Below, piece after piece: positions 47,406-56,102 of a stretch of 64,000 nucleotides of DNA. The notes below the pieces were generated by a model. That model did not search any database. It was not told where the DNA came from and saw only the letters and a program-made list of their open reading frames with translations. The stretch covers positions 3,226 through 67,225 of the forward strand of contig CAZOBJ010000004.1 of NCBI GenBank assembly GCA_964577825.1, written 5' to 3'. Numbering within the stretch: the stretch's first letter is position 1; every line of letters begins with the position of its first letter. Source of the DNA: an uncultured Planctomycetales bacterium (GTDB lineage Bacteria > Planctomycetota > SZUA-567 > JAFGNG01). A program made the translations under genes and the position numbers.

Positions 47406-48032
47406 ATGCAGCGCTGCGTGCGATTGTTCACCCTTGCATGCCTGTGGATGGCCGCCGCGGGCGTCGGCCCGAGGCTACAGGCCGCGCAGACGGCGCGCCT
47501 GGTGCTCGCGCCCGCGCCCGCGGGCCTGCTCGCCGAGACGCGGGACCGTCCGACCGTGGCGCCCGGGCCCGACCAGGCGGCCGTGGTCGGCCGCCTGAGC
47601 CCGCAGGGCTTCGCCATTCAGGCGGTCGAGCACCTGTCCCTGCAAGGCCCTGACGGCGCGCCGATTCCCTTCCTGGTCGAGCGAGGGTCGCTGTCCGGAG
47701 AATGGGAGATCGAGTCCCTGCGCATCGCATTCCTGCTGCCCGCCGACCGAGCGCAGCCGGGCACGGCCTGCCGGGTGGTCTGGGGTCCGGACGTGACCGG
47801 GCGGGGACAGACCGTCGACGCGTTCCGCGTGGACCCCGAGGCGGTGGACCGCGTGCTCACTTTCCGGGTGGAGGCCGGACCGCCCGCGGGCGAGGCCGAG
47901 TCCGTGGCCACGATCGAGGTGCGCGCCGACAGCTACGCGGACTACTACGGCCTGTGGTATCTGCTGCCCATCGGAACCGTGTTCGTCCTGCTCACCGTGC
48001 GAAAGATCCGCGCCCGTGACCGAACTGCTTGA
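47406..48032 (+). CDS. exported protein with C-terminal membrane anchor, unknown function
   Basis: The ATG lies 2 nt after the previous stop. Signal peptide LFTLACLWMAAAGV and C-terminal helix YYGLWYLLPIGTVFVLLTV followed by RKIRAR. Confidence 0.55.
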   Translation: MQRCVRLFTLACLWMAAAGVGPRLQAAQTARLVLAPAPAGLLAETRDRPTVAPGPDQAAVVGRLSPQGFAIQAVEHLSLQGPDGAPIPFLVERGSLSGEWEIESLRIAFLLPADRAQPGTACRVVWGPDVTGRGQTVDAFRVDPEAVDRVLTFRVEAGPPAGEAESVATIEVRADSYADYYGLWYLLPIGTVFVLLTVRKIRARDRTA

Positions 48033-49515
48033 ACCCGTTTTCGGTGCTCTGCGGCCGCTCACGAGCCCCTTCCTGGCCCTGGCGGTCACGCTGCTGCTGC
48101 CCGTGTTGCGGCGGATGCCCACCCGCAGGGCCCTCGTGCTGGGCCTCGTGGCGATGGGCGCCATGTTTGCGGGCTATCATGCTCTCGTCGCCTATCCGCG
48201 CGCGTCGCGGTGGCTGGCCGCCTCGGAGAGCCCGTTCGCGGCGGCGTATCTGGTGATCATCCTGCCCGCGCTCCTCCTCCCTCGACGCGGCTGGTACCGT
48301 CTGCATCTGATCGTCCCCGCGGCCTGCGTCGCGTTTCTGGCGGTCGGGGTCTACGACGGGTACCGGTCCGTGCCCGCGGGAGAAGAGGGGTTCTACTGGC
48401 TTCTGGTTCGGCCCGTGTGGGTGGCCGTGGGGGTCGCCAGCGCCCTGGTGCTCGTGCGCGGGTTGTTCTCGTTGCCTACATTTCGCAAGGTGGTGCGGAT
48501 CAGCTGCGCCCTCGTCTTGCTGTACGGCGGGTTCGCTCTGCGCGCGGACTACCAGGATTACCAGGCCATGCGCGAGCGCCGCGCGGAGGCGAGCGACGAC
48601 GTCATGACCATCAGCGAGACGTCGCCGGTCATGCGCACGGATCGGCGGCTGTCGTTTCTTCTGTCCGCGCCGTGCCGGTTTTCCGCGGACGGGGGCTATG
48701 TGCAGGGCTGCAACATGGAGCTCTTGCAGCGGCTCATGCAGATCGACGGCACGAAGCTCGCCGAGCGCGACCCCGGCGCGCTGGCCGCTCTGGAGATGGG
48801 CCTGGGCGCGGGGGCCTTTCTGGTCATCTTCGCGTTCATCACCGCGCGATGGACATGCGGGTGGCTGTGTCCCCTGAGCGCGCTCGGAGACCTGTTCGAT
48901 CGAGGCCGGCGCCTCGTGGGCGCGCCGCACCTCAAGCCCGCGCAGCCGGTCAAGCTCGCGTACCTGTTCAGCGGCGCCGGGCTGGCCGCGATCGGCCTGG
49001 CCATGGCCCGGGCGGTGCCGCACCTGGACGCCGAGGGCAAGTTCGCCGGGTGCAAGATCCCCCTGTACCCCTTCTGCAAGATCTGCCCCGGCAACCAGGT
49101 CTGTCCCGTGGCCGCGGGCGGGCCCGGGGAATGGCCGGGGCTTCCCGGCTGGGAGTGGGCGCTCGGGTACTTCCGCGTGGGCGTGGCGGTGGTGCTGGGG
49201 GTTTTCCTGGTCAGCTTCATGGTGGGGCGGCGGCTGTGGTGCCGGCTGTGCCCCATGGGCATGCTGGCGGGCCTTTTCAGCCGCGGCGGGGCCACCCGGC
49301 TGCGCAAGGACGCGACCAAGTGCAACCAGTGCGGCGCGTGCGCGGAGGTGTGCCCCATGGACATCGACCGGGTGCGCGCGGAGATGTCCGACGCGGACGT
49401 GAGCAGCTACGACTGCGTCCTGTGCCTGCAGTGCGTGGCCTCCTGCCCGCGCGACGAGTGCCTGTCCGTGGAGCACGGCGGCGCCAGGATTGCGAGCTCG
49501 CGCTACGCGCCCTGA
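48016..49515 (+). CDS. NapH/NosH-like polytopic membrane polyferredoxin (4Fe-4S binding protein)
   Basis: CGWLCPLSALGDLF and WCRLCPMGMLAG (CxxxCP membrane-face motifs), then two ferredoxin motifs CNQCGACAEVCP and CVLCLQCVASCP. There is an N-terminal multi-TM extension. GTG 48016 overlaps the previous gene by 17 nt, so the start is uncertain. Confidence 0.75.
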   Translation: MTELLEPVFGALRPLTSPFLALAVTLLLPVLRRMPTRRALVLGLVAMGAMFAGYHALVAYPRASRWLAASESPFAAAYLVIILPALLLPRRGWYRLHLIVPAACVAFLAVGVYDGYRSVPAGEEGFYWLLVRPVWVAVGVASALVLVRGLFSLPTFRKVVRISCALVLLYGGFALRADYQDYQAMRERRAEASDDVMTISETSPVMRTDRRLSFLLSAPCRFSADGGYVQGCNMELLQRLMQIDGTKLAERDPGALAALEMGLGAGAFLVIFAFITARWTCGWLCPLSALGDLFDRGRRLVGAPHLKPAQPVKLAYLFSGAGLAAIGLAMARAVPHLDAEGKFAGCKIPLYPFCKICPGNQVCPVAAGGPGEWPGLPGWEWALGYFRVGVAVVLGVFLVSFMVGRRLWCRLCPMGMLAGLFSRGGATRLRKDATKCNQCGACAEVCPMDIDRVRAEMSDADVSSYDCVLCLQCVASCPRDECLSVEHGGARIASSRYAP

Positions 49516-49528
49516 GGGAGGCCGGCAG

Positions 49529-50779
49529 ATGGCCGATCAATTCGACCCCCGGTATCGTCTTGCGCCGCGCCAGACCGAGGACCCCGGCGCGCGGCGTCGC
49601 GCGCGCATGCTCCTGGAGCAACAGCGCGACCGCCTGCGCGAGATCCCCCGGCGGCCCGAGAACATCGGCCGGTTCGAGGCCTGGGCCGAGGGCCGCGACC
49701 TGCCCGATGACCGGCCGCGGATCGGAACGCTCTGCACGCTGATACCCTTTGAACTCGTGTACGCGCTGGGAGGGCTGCCCGTGCGCCTGGGCTGCGGCAA
49801 CGCGGCGCTCGTGCAGCGCGGCGAGGAGGTGCTCACCGGCGACGTGTGTCCCCTGGCCAAGGCGAGCTTCGCCTCTTTCCTGGATCCGCAGGGGCCGGCC
49901 GGAGGATGCGCGGCCGTGGTGCTGCCCAGCTCGTGCGACGCGAAGCGCAAGCTGGGCGAGATCCTGGCCGACTTTTCGCCCACGTTCGTGTTCAACCTCC
50001 CTCCGGAGCAGGACGCGCATCGGTACGGCCGATTCGCGGCCGACGAGGTCGCGCGCCTGGCGCAGTTCCTCGCCAGGGTCCTGGGCCGCCGCTTGACGCG
50101 CCGATCCCTGCGCCGGGCCGTGCGCGAGGGTCGCCGCCGGACCGCGCTCGTGCGCGCGCTCCAGGACGCTCGAGCGCGAGAACCCGGCGCCCTGTCGGTG
50201 CGGGACTTCTTCCTGATCCTGCAGGCGCTGCATCAGGGCGCGGATCCGCAGGACTGGGCGCGCGAGGCCTCGCGCGTACTCGAGTGGGCGCGCGCCTATC
50301 GGCCGGAGCGGCCGCGCATGCGTCCCCGGCTGGTGCTCACGGGTGCGCCGCTTCAGTGGCCGAACTTCAAGCTCCTGCACCTCATCGAGGAAAGCGGCGC
50401 GGACGTGGTGGCCGACACCCTTTGCACGGGTGCGCAGAGCCTGTATGATCCGGTGGTGGCCGACGAGTGGAGCCGGGGCGCGCAGTACCGGTCTCTGGCG
50501 CAGCGGTATGTATTCGCGTCCGCATGCCCGTGCTTCATCTCCCAGGCCACGCGCCTGAGCCGCGTGCTGGACCTGGTGGACGCCACCCGCGCGGACGGGG
50601 TGGTGCACCACGGACTGCGGCTGTGCCAGCTATTCGATATTGAAACCTACCGGCTCTCCCAGGTGCTCAAGGAGCGCAAGATTCCGTTCCTGCACGTGCG
50701 CACGGACTACAGCCTGGAGGACGTCGAGCAGTTGCGGGTTCGGTTCGAGGCGTTCCTGGAGCAGGTGGAAGGGGTCTGA
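49529..50779 (+). CDS. 2-hydroxyacyl-CoA dehydratase/benzoyl-CoA reductase D-component family protein, single-subunit (double-cubane-cluster-protein-like)
   Basis: ATG 49529 follows GGGAGG. Family blocks CTLIPFELVYALGG, GDVCPLAKASF, SSCDAKRKLGEIL, DTLCTGAQS and HGLRLCQLFD. There are nine Cys. No second D-component gene is adjacent. Confidence 0.8.
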   Translation: MADQFDPRYRLAPRQTEDPGARRRARMLLEQQRDRLREIPRRPENIGRFEAWAEGRDLPDDRPRIGTLCTLIPFELVYALGGLPVRLGCGNAALVQRGEEVLTGDVCPLAKASFASFLDPQGPAGGCAAVVLPSSCDAKRKLGEILADFSPTFVFNLPPEQDAHRYGRFAADEVARLAQFLARVLGRRLTRRSLRRAVREGRRRTALVRALQDARAREPGALSVRDFFLILQALHQGADPQDWAREASRVLEWARAYRPERPRMRPRLVLTGAPLQWPNFKLLHLIEESGADVVADTLCTGAQSLYDPVVADEWSRGAQYRSLAQRYVFASACPCFISQATRLSRVLDLVDATRADGVVHHGLRLCQLFDIETYRLSQVLKERKIPFLHVRTDYSLEDVEQLRVRFEAFLEQVEGV

Positions 50780-50793
50780 CCGAGGAGGCGCGC

Positions 50794-51621
50794 ATGATCG
50801 CCGTGGGCCTGGACGTGGGATCGACCACCACGAAGGCGGTGGTGCTGGAAGACGAGCGCACAGTGCGCGCGGCGTACCTGTGCCCGAGCGGAGACCTGCC
50901 CGCGGACACGGCCAGGCGGGTCGTGGACGAGGTGCTGGGCCGCGCAGAGATGACCTCCTCGGACGTGGACGTGGTGGCGACCACCGGGTACGGCCGCCGC
51001 CTGGCCGACATCGGCGACGTGGTCATGACCGAGATCAAGGCCTGCGCGGCCGGGATTCTGTTCGGCCAACCGGAAGGCGAACCCATCCACACGGTGATCG
51101 ACGTGGGCGGACAGGACACCAAGGTCATCGCCCTGGGCGACGCCGGACAGATCGAAGACTTCAGCATGAACGACAAGTGCGCCGCGGGCACCGGGCGGTT
51201 TCTGGAGGTCCTCTCGGCCAAGCTGGGCCTCGACTACGAGGCGTTCGTGGAGGCCGCTTGCGGCGCACAGACCACCATCCAGATGAACGCGACCTGCGCG
51301 GTCTTTGCCGAGAGCGAGGTGGTTGGCCTGCTCGCCCGCGGCGTGGCCAAGGCCGACATCGCCGCAGCTGCGCACGACGCCATGGCCAACCGGATCGCGA
51401 GCATGGTCCGGCGCGTGGGCGTACGGGGCCGGTACGCGTTCGTGGGCGGCGGGGCGCGCAACCGGGCCATGGTCGAGGCGTTGGGCGAGCATCTGAACCA
51501 GGCCCTGTACGTGCCCGAGGACGCCCAGCTCGTCGTGGCCCTGGGCGCGGCCGTGGGCGGCGCGCGCAAGGCGCGCGCCCGCCGGCGGGGCCCCGGAGCG
51601 ACCGAAAAGGAACAGGCATGA
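50794..51621 (+). CDS. BcrA/BadF/HgdC-type ATPase (acyl-CoA dehydratase activase / reductase component)
   Basis: IAVGLDVGSTTTKAVV, DVGGQDTKVI, the bridging-cluster Cys NDKCAAGTGRFLE...ATCAVFAESEV, and FVGGGARN. Confidence 0.9.
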   Translation: MIAVGLDVGSTTTKAVVLEDERTVRAAYLCPSGDLPADTARRVVDEVLGRAEMTSSDVDVVATTGYGRRLADIGDVVMTEIKACAAGILFGQPEGEPIHTVIDVGGQDTKVIALGDAGQIEDFSMNDKCAAGTGRFLEVLSAKLGLDYEAFVEAACGAQTTIQMNATCAVFAESEVVGLLARGVAKADIAAAAHDAMANRIASMVRRVGVRGRYAFVGGGARNRAMVEALGEHLNQALYVPEDAQLVVALGAAVGGARKARARRRGPGATEKEQA

Positions 51622-52583
51622 GCCGCATCTGCCTGGTGCTGTGTGTGCTGCCGGGCCTCGTGGCAGGCTGCGGATGCGAGCCCGCGCAAGAGACTGAGCG
51701 ACTGCGCGTGTTCCACGCCGCGGGCCTGACCCCGCTCCTCGAGGACGTGCACGAGGCGTGCCGCCGGGACGCGGGCATCGCGCTCGTGGCCGAAGGCAGC
51801 GGCAGCCAGGCGGCCTGCCGCAAGCGCACCGAGCTGGGGCGTCCCTGCGACCTGCTCATGCTCGCGGACAATGCGCTCGTCACCACGCTGCTCCAGGACG
51901 TGTGCACCTGGCGCCTGGACTTCGCTCGAGACGAGGTGGTGCTGGCCGTGGGCCTGCGCGCGCCGGAGGTGGCGCAGGCCGAGGAGGACTGGGCGCAGGT
52001 GCTCAGGCGGACCGGACGGCTGGCTCGAGTGGACGAGAACCAGGGCCCCATCGGGTACCGGACCCTGCTCGTGTGGAAGCTCGAGGCGGCCCGCCGCGGC
52101 CGGCCCGAGCTGTACGACACGCTCGTGGACCGGTGCGACAAGGTGGTCGACCACGTCAGCCGGCTGCCGCCCCTGTTGCGCCGAGGCGAGATCGACTACG
52201 CCTTTGTCTATCGGTCGATCTGCATTGCGCATGACCTGCGGTTCATTCCTCTGGACCCGGCGGTCAACCTCGGCGATCCGGACCGCGACTACACGTCCGC
52301 CAAGGTGACCTACGCCAGGCTCCAGGCCGGGCCGCAGAAGGAGGTCGAGGTCCGCGGCCGGCCCATCGTGTGGACCCTGACGGTCCCCGATCGAGAGGCG
52401 GACGCCGCGCTGGCCGCGCGGTTCGTGCGTTACCTGCTTCGCGAGCATGCCGGGGCGCTGGACCGCCACGGGTTCCACCCGCTGTCCCCGCCCAGGTTCT
52501 ACGGCCCGGAGCAGGACTTCGCCGCGTACGAGGCGGTGGCCGAGCATCGCGGGCCGCTTCGCGCGCCGGGGCAGGACCCATGA
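51618..52583 (+). CDS. WtpA/ModA-like periplasmic oxyanion-binding lipoprotein (ABC substrate-binding component)
   Basis: ATG 51618 overlaps the activase stop (ATGA). Lipobox LVAGC. RVFHAAGLTPLLE...EGSGSQAACRK...CDLLMLAD resembles tungstate/molybdate-type type-II SBPs. Confidence 0.65.
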   Translation: MSRICLVLCVLPGLVAGCGCEPAQETERLRVFHAAGLTPLLEDVHEACRRDAGIALVAEGSGSQAACRKRTELGRPCDLLMLADNALVTTLLQDVCTWRLDFARDEVVLAVGLRAPEVAQAEEDWAQVLRRTGRLARVDENQGPIGYRTLLVWKLEAARRGRPELYDTLVDRCDKVVDHVSRLPPLLRRGEIDYAFVYRSICIAHDLRFIPLDPAVNLGDPDRDYTSAKVTYARLQAGPQKEVEVRGRPIVWTLTVPDREADAALAARFVRYLLREHAGALDRHGFHPLSPPRFYGPEQDFAAYEAVAEHRGPLRAPGQDP

Positions 52584-53968
52584 GCGCGCCTCAGCGCGCC
52601 ACCTGGCCGCCCAAGGCCGTGGTCGGCGGACTCTTGGCCCTGCACGTATTCGGCGTGGCCGTGGCATCCGTCCGAGGTGCGATCTCTCCGATCGAACTCT
52701 TCCAGCTCCTGTTGCTTGCGAGCAACGTCCTCATCGGGGTATTGATCCTGCGCCGCAGAGTGGACCTGTTGCTCGGCGGCGGGGCGCTGTTTCTCATCGC
52801 CGCGCACGCGATGTTCGGGCATCGTCTCGCGCCGGACAGCCTGACCAGCGGCGCCATCCTCATGGGCAGCCTGCTCGTGCTCTACGTAGGCGTGAAGGTC
52901 AATGTGCACCTGCCCGCGCGGTACTGGTTCGCGTTCGTGGCCAGCTACTTCGCGCTGTACGGCCTCTTCGTGGTCGTGCTGGAGAACGCGGAACCCCTGT
53001 TTCTCTTGTTCCTGATGGGCCTGGCTGCGTGCGCGCGCAGCCTGCGGCTCTTGGCGTACTTCTGGGTGCTGACGTTGAGCTTCACCTTCTGCCAGCCGTA
53101 TGCGTGGGAGGCGCTCTTCATCGGGTTCTTCGTGCTCACGGCGCTCTTCACCGCGCGGGGCGCTGGGGGCGCGCGCACGGCCGTTGTGTTCCTGGGCGTG
53201 GGGCTGGTTCTTCTCTTCTTCGTGCTGTTCCCGGTCGTGGTGGTGGTGCTCGGTGAGGATCTGCACAGCCTGGAGCTCGTGCTGCGCGACGCGCGGGTGC
53301 GCTCGGCGATCTGGACCACGGTGAAGACGGCCACGCTGTCCACGGCGCTGCTCGTGGCCTTCGGGGTGCCGCTCGCCTATGCGGTCAGCCGACTGCGCTT
53401 CCGGGGGCGCACGCTGTTGCTGTCTTTCATTGACGTGCCCATTGTGATCCCGCAGACCGCGGCGGGCATTGCGCTCGTGACCGTGTTCGGCCGGCAGCAG
53501 TTCCTGGGGCAACTGATCGAGCGCGGCCTGGGCATCCGGTTCGACGGCACGCTGTGGGGCATCTGCCTGGCGCAGGTGTTCGTGGCCCTGCCGTTCTTGG
53601 CCAAGAGCGCGATCGCGGCCTTCGACGCCGTGCCCCTTACCCTGGAGCACGCCGCGCGCGGCCTGGGCGCGGGCGGTTGGGGCGCGTTCGCGCGGGTATC
53701 GCTGCCGTTGGCCTCGCGGGGCATCTTCCTGGGCGCGGTGCTCGCGTGGGCGCGGGCGGCCGGAGAGTTCGGCGCGGTGCTGTTTCTGGCTCCGTCTCCG
53801 AAGACCGCGCCCGTGGCCGCGTACGACCGGTTCAACAGCGTGGGCGTGGTGGAGTCCGGGCCCCTGGTGGCGGTGCTGTTGCTCTTTTCCCTGGCTATGT
53901 TCTTCCTGTTGCAGTTCTCCGCGCGCGCCCTGCCCACGGTGCATGGAGCCCGGGGGGCCGCGGCATGA
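52580..53968 (+). CDS. ABC transporter permease (ModB/WtpB/CysTW type) with a ~220-aa N-terminal polytopic extension
   Basis: ATGA overlap with the SBP gene. The C-terminal half carries the permease core and the EAA-like loop (LEHAARGLGAGGWGAFARVSLPLA). The N-terminal half is about 6-7 additional hydrophobic helices with no motif I recognise. Confidence 0.8.
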   Translation: MSAPQRATWPPKAVVGGLLALHVFGVAVASVRGAISPIELFQLLLLASNVLIGVLILRRRVDLLLGGGALFLIAAHAMFGHRLAPDSLTSGAILMGSLLVLYVGVKVNVHLPARYWFAFVASYFALYGLFVVVLENAEPLFLLFLMGLAACARSLRLLAYFWVLTLSFTFCQPYAWEALFIGFFVLTALFTARGAGGARTAVVFLGVGLVLLFFVLFPVVVVVLGEDLHSLELVLRDARVRSAIWTTVKTATLSTALLVAFGVPLAYAVSRLRFRGRTLLLSFIDVPIVIPQTAAGIALVTVFGRQQFLGQLIERGLGIRFDGTLWGICLAQVFVALPFLAKSAIAAFDAVPLTLEHAARGLGAGGWGAFARVSLPLASRGIFLGAVLAWARAAGEFGAVLFLAPSPKTAPVAAYDRFNSVGVVESGPLVAVLLLFSLAMFFLLQFSARALPTVHGARGAAA

Positions 53969-55041
53969 GCGAGGTGCTGCGCACCGACCGGCTGACCGTG
54001 TCCGTGGGCGAATTCACCCTGGGGCCGATCTCCCTGGCCCTGGAGCGCAGCGACTACCTGGTGCTCCTGGGCCCGTCGGGCTGCGGCAAGACCACGCTCT
54101 TGCGCTCGGTGGCCGGGTTCCTGCCCGTGGGACCGCGCACGATCTTCCTGGAGGGGCGGGACGTCTCGCAAGATCCGCCGCAGCGACGGCGCATCGGATA
54201 CGTGGCCCAGCACGCGGACCTGTTTCCGCACCTGACCGTGGCGGAGAACATCGCCTTCGGGCTGCGCTACGCCCCGGTGCCCCGGGACAAGCGAGCCGCG
54301 CACGTGGCGCGCATCGCGCGGCTTATGGGCGTGGACGGGTTTCTCTCGCGCGCCCCGGATACGCTGTCCGGAGGCGAGGCGCGCCGGGTGGCCCTGGCCC
54401 GCAGCTTGGCCGTGCGGCCCCGGGTGCTCCTGTTGGACGAGCCGCTGAGCATGCTCGACCCGAACGCACGCGCCGGGATGCGCCGAGCCCTGGCCGCGGT
54501 GCACGAGGAGCTGGGCACGGCCACGATCCACGTGACCCACGACCGCGAGGAGGCCTGGTCCATGCGCAGCCGGGTCGCGGTCATGCACGCGGGCCGCATC
54601 GAGCAGACCGGGCCCGTGGAGGTCTTGTTCCGCAGGCCCCGGGCCATGTTCGTGGCCCGGTTCCTGGGCGCGGGTGACGTGGTGCCCGCGCGCTTCGAAC
54701 AGCAGGCCGGGCAATGGACCGCGCGCGTCGGACGGGCGCGGCTTCCTGTATCCGAGCCGCCGAGAGCGGTCCGAGGGCACGTGTTCGTGCGGCCGGGTGC
54801 GCTGCGATTGGCCGCCGACGATGAGCGCGCCGAGGCCCAGGGAACGGTGCGCGGGCTCGCGGATCGAGGCCGATGGCGCGAGGTGAGCGTGGAGGTCGAG
54901 GGAGAGACGCCGCTGACGGTACATGCGCTAGAGGAGGAGGACCGGCTCCCTCGACCCGGGGAAGCCGTGGGCCTGCGCGTTCTGGGCCCGGTCCATCCGT
55001 TGATCGAGGAATCGCCGAGCCCCGAGGAGGTGCAGGCGTGA
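53965..55041 (+). CDS. ABC transporter ATP-binding protein with C-terminal TOBE-like regulatory domain
   Basis: ATGA overlap. Walker A GPSGCGKTT, signature LSGGEARRV, Walker B LLLDEP, H-loop VTHD. The C-terminal ~120 aa are beta-rich. Confidence 0.9.
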   Translation: MSEVLRTDRLTVSVGEFTLGPISLALERSDYLVLLGPSGCGKTTLLRSVAGFLPVGPRTIFLEGRDVSQDPPQRRRIGYVAQHADLFPHLTVAENIAFGLRYAPVPRDKRAAHVARIARLMGVDGFLSRAPDTLSGGEARRVALARSLAVRPRVLLLDEPLSMLDPNARAGMRRALAAVHEELGTATIHVTHDREEAWSMRSRVAVMHAGRIEQTGPVEVLFRRPRAMFVARFLGAGDVVPARFEQQAGQWTARVGRARLPVSEPPRAVRGHVFVRPGALRLAADDERAEAQGTVRGLADRGRWREVSVEVEGETPLTVHALEEEDRLPRPGEAVGLRVLGPVHPLIEESPSPEEVQA

Positions 55042-56102
55042 TCGAGCGAATCGAGGCGGCGCTGGCCGGGGCCTCGTCCAACGTCAAGCTCATGGAGAAC
55101 GCCCTCACCGGTCTCGAGGGCAGCTACGTGGAGCTTTTGACCATCCTGGCCCTGGGGCTGCTCGCCGTCATCCCCATCGTCGTGCCGCAACATCGGCGGC
55201 AGGTGTACCGGCATCTCAATCAGGTCTTCGGCATCTGCGTGTTCGTGTTCGTGGTGTTCACCTGCCTGGGCGTGTTCGGCATGATCCGCAATTTCCACCG
55301 AGGCCTCAACGAGATCGGGCGCGAGAACGTGATCGCCCTGTACTACTGCTCCGTGCCCGTGACCGTGCTTGTCACCAGCATGATCTTCGGCCCCATGTTC
55401 TGCGGATGGATCTGCCCCACGGGCGCCTTGCAGGAATTCTCCGGGATGCTCCTGCGCGGGTGGCACCGCGCGCGCAAGCGGGCGAGATATCCGTTCTCCT
55501 GGCTCATGCTGGGCACGACCATGGCGGTCGCGGGCGTGTTCCTGTTGTGGATGAAGCGCCTCGCGGACACGCGCACCTTCTTCGTGGAGGACGCCAGCAT
55601 CTACTGGTCCGAGGTGCTGATCCTCATCCTGTTCCTGCTGGTCTGGCGGATGGGGGCCTGGGACCGGCGGCTGCGGCGCCTGCGCGTGGTCAGCCTCGCG
55701 ATCATCCTCATCGCGGCCGTGGCGCAACTGAAGGTCACCTCGCCCGTGCACTTCGGGTTCAGCAAGGTGTACGACCCCGCCTCGATCCTGGCCACGGTGA
55801 TGGTGGTGCTCGCCGCGCTGGTGGTGCCCAACGTGTGGTGCCGGTACCTGTGCCCGTGGCGCGAGGCCATCGCCTGGGCGGCCCGGCACAGTGTGCGCCA
55901 CCTGGAGACCGACCCGGACAAATGCACCCGATGCGGGACGTGCAATGACGTGTGCAACGTGGACGCCATCGACCGCGGCCGGGTAGAGCCCCGCGAGTGC
56001 CATATGTGCATGAAGTGCGTGGACGCCTGCCCGACGGAGGCGATCTCCATACACGACCGCTGGCCCCACAAGGAACAGTCCGCCGAGAGGGCGGGCTCGT
56101 GA
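55038..56102 (+). CDS. second NapH-like membrane polyferredoxin (4Fe-4S binding protein)
   Basis: GTGA overlap. CGWICPTGALQEF and CRYLCPWREAIAW, then CTRCGTCNDVCN and CHMCMKCVDACP. Confidence 0.75.
   Translation: MIERIEAALAGASSNVKLMENALTGLEGSYVELLTILALGLLAVIPIVVPQHRRQVYRHLNQVFGICVFVFVVFTCLGVFGMIRNFHRGLNEIGRENVIALYYCSVPVTVLVTSMIFGPMFCGWICPTGALQEFSGMLLRGWHRARKRARYPFSWLMLGTTMAVAGVFLLWMKRLADTRTFFVEDASIYWSEVLILILFLLVWRMGAWDRRLRRLRVVSLAIILIAAVAQLKVTSPVHFGFSKVYDPASILATVMVVLAALVVPNVWCRYLCPWREAIAWAARHSVRHLETDPDKCTRCGTCNDVCNVDAIDRGRVEPRECHMCMKCVDACPTEAISIHDRWPHKEQSAERAGS

Noticed and set aside
50640-51617. N-terminal extension of the SBP ORF (647-aa track entry), and similar extensions at 52370, 53554, 54873 and 55952
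   Set aside because: These are off-frame read-through over the upstream genes. In each case an ATGA/GTGA-coupled internal start coincides with the beginning of the recognisable domain or signal peptide.
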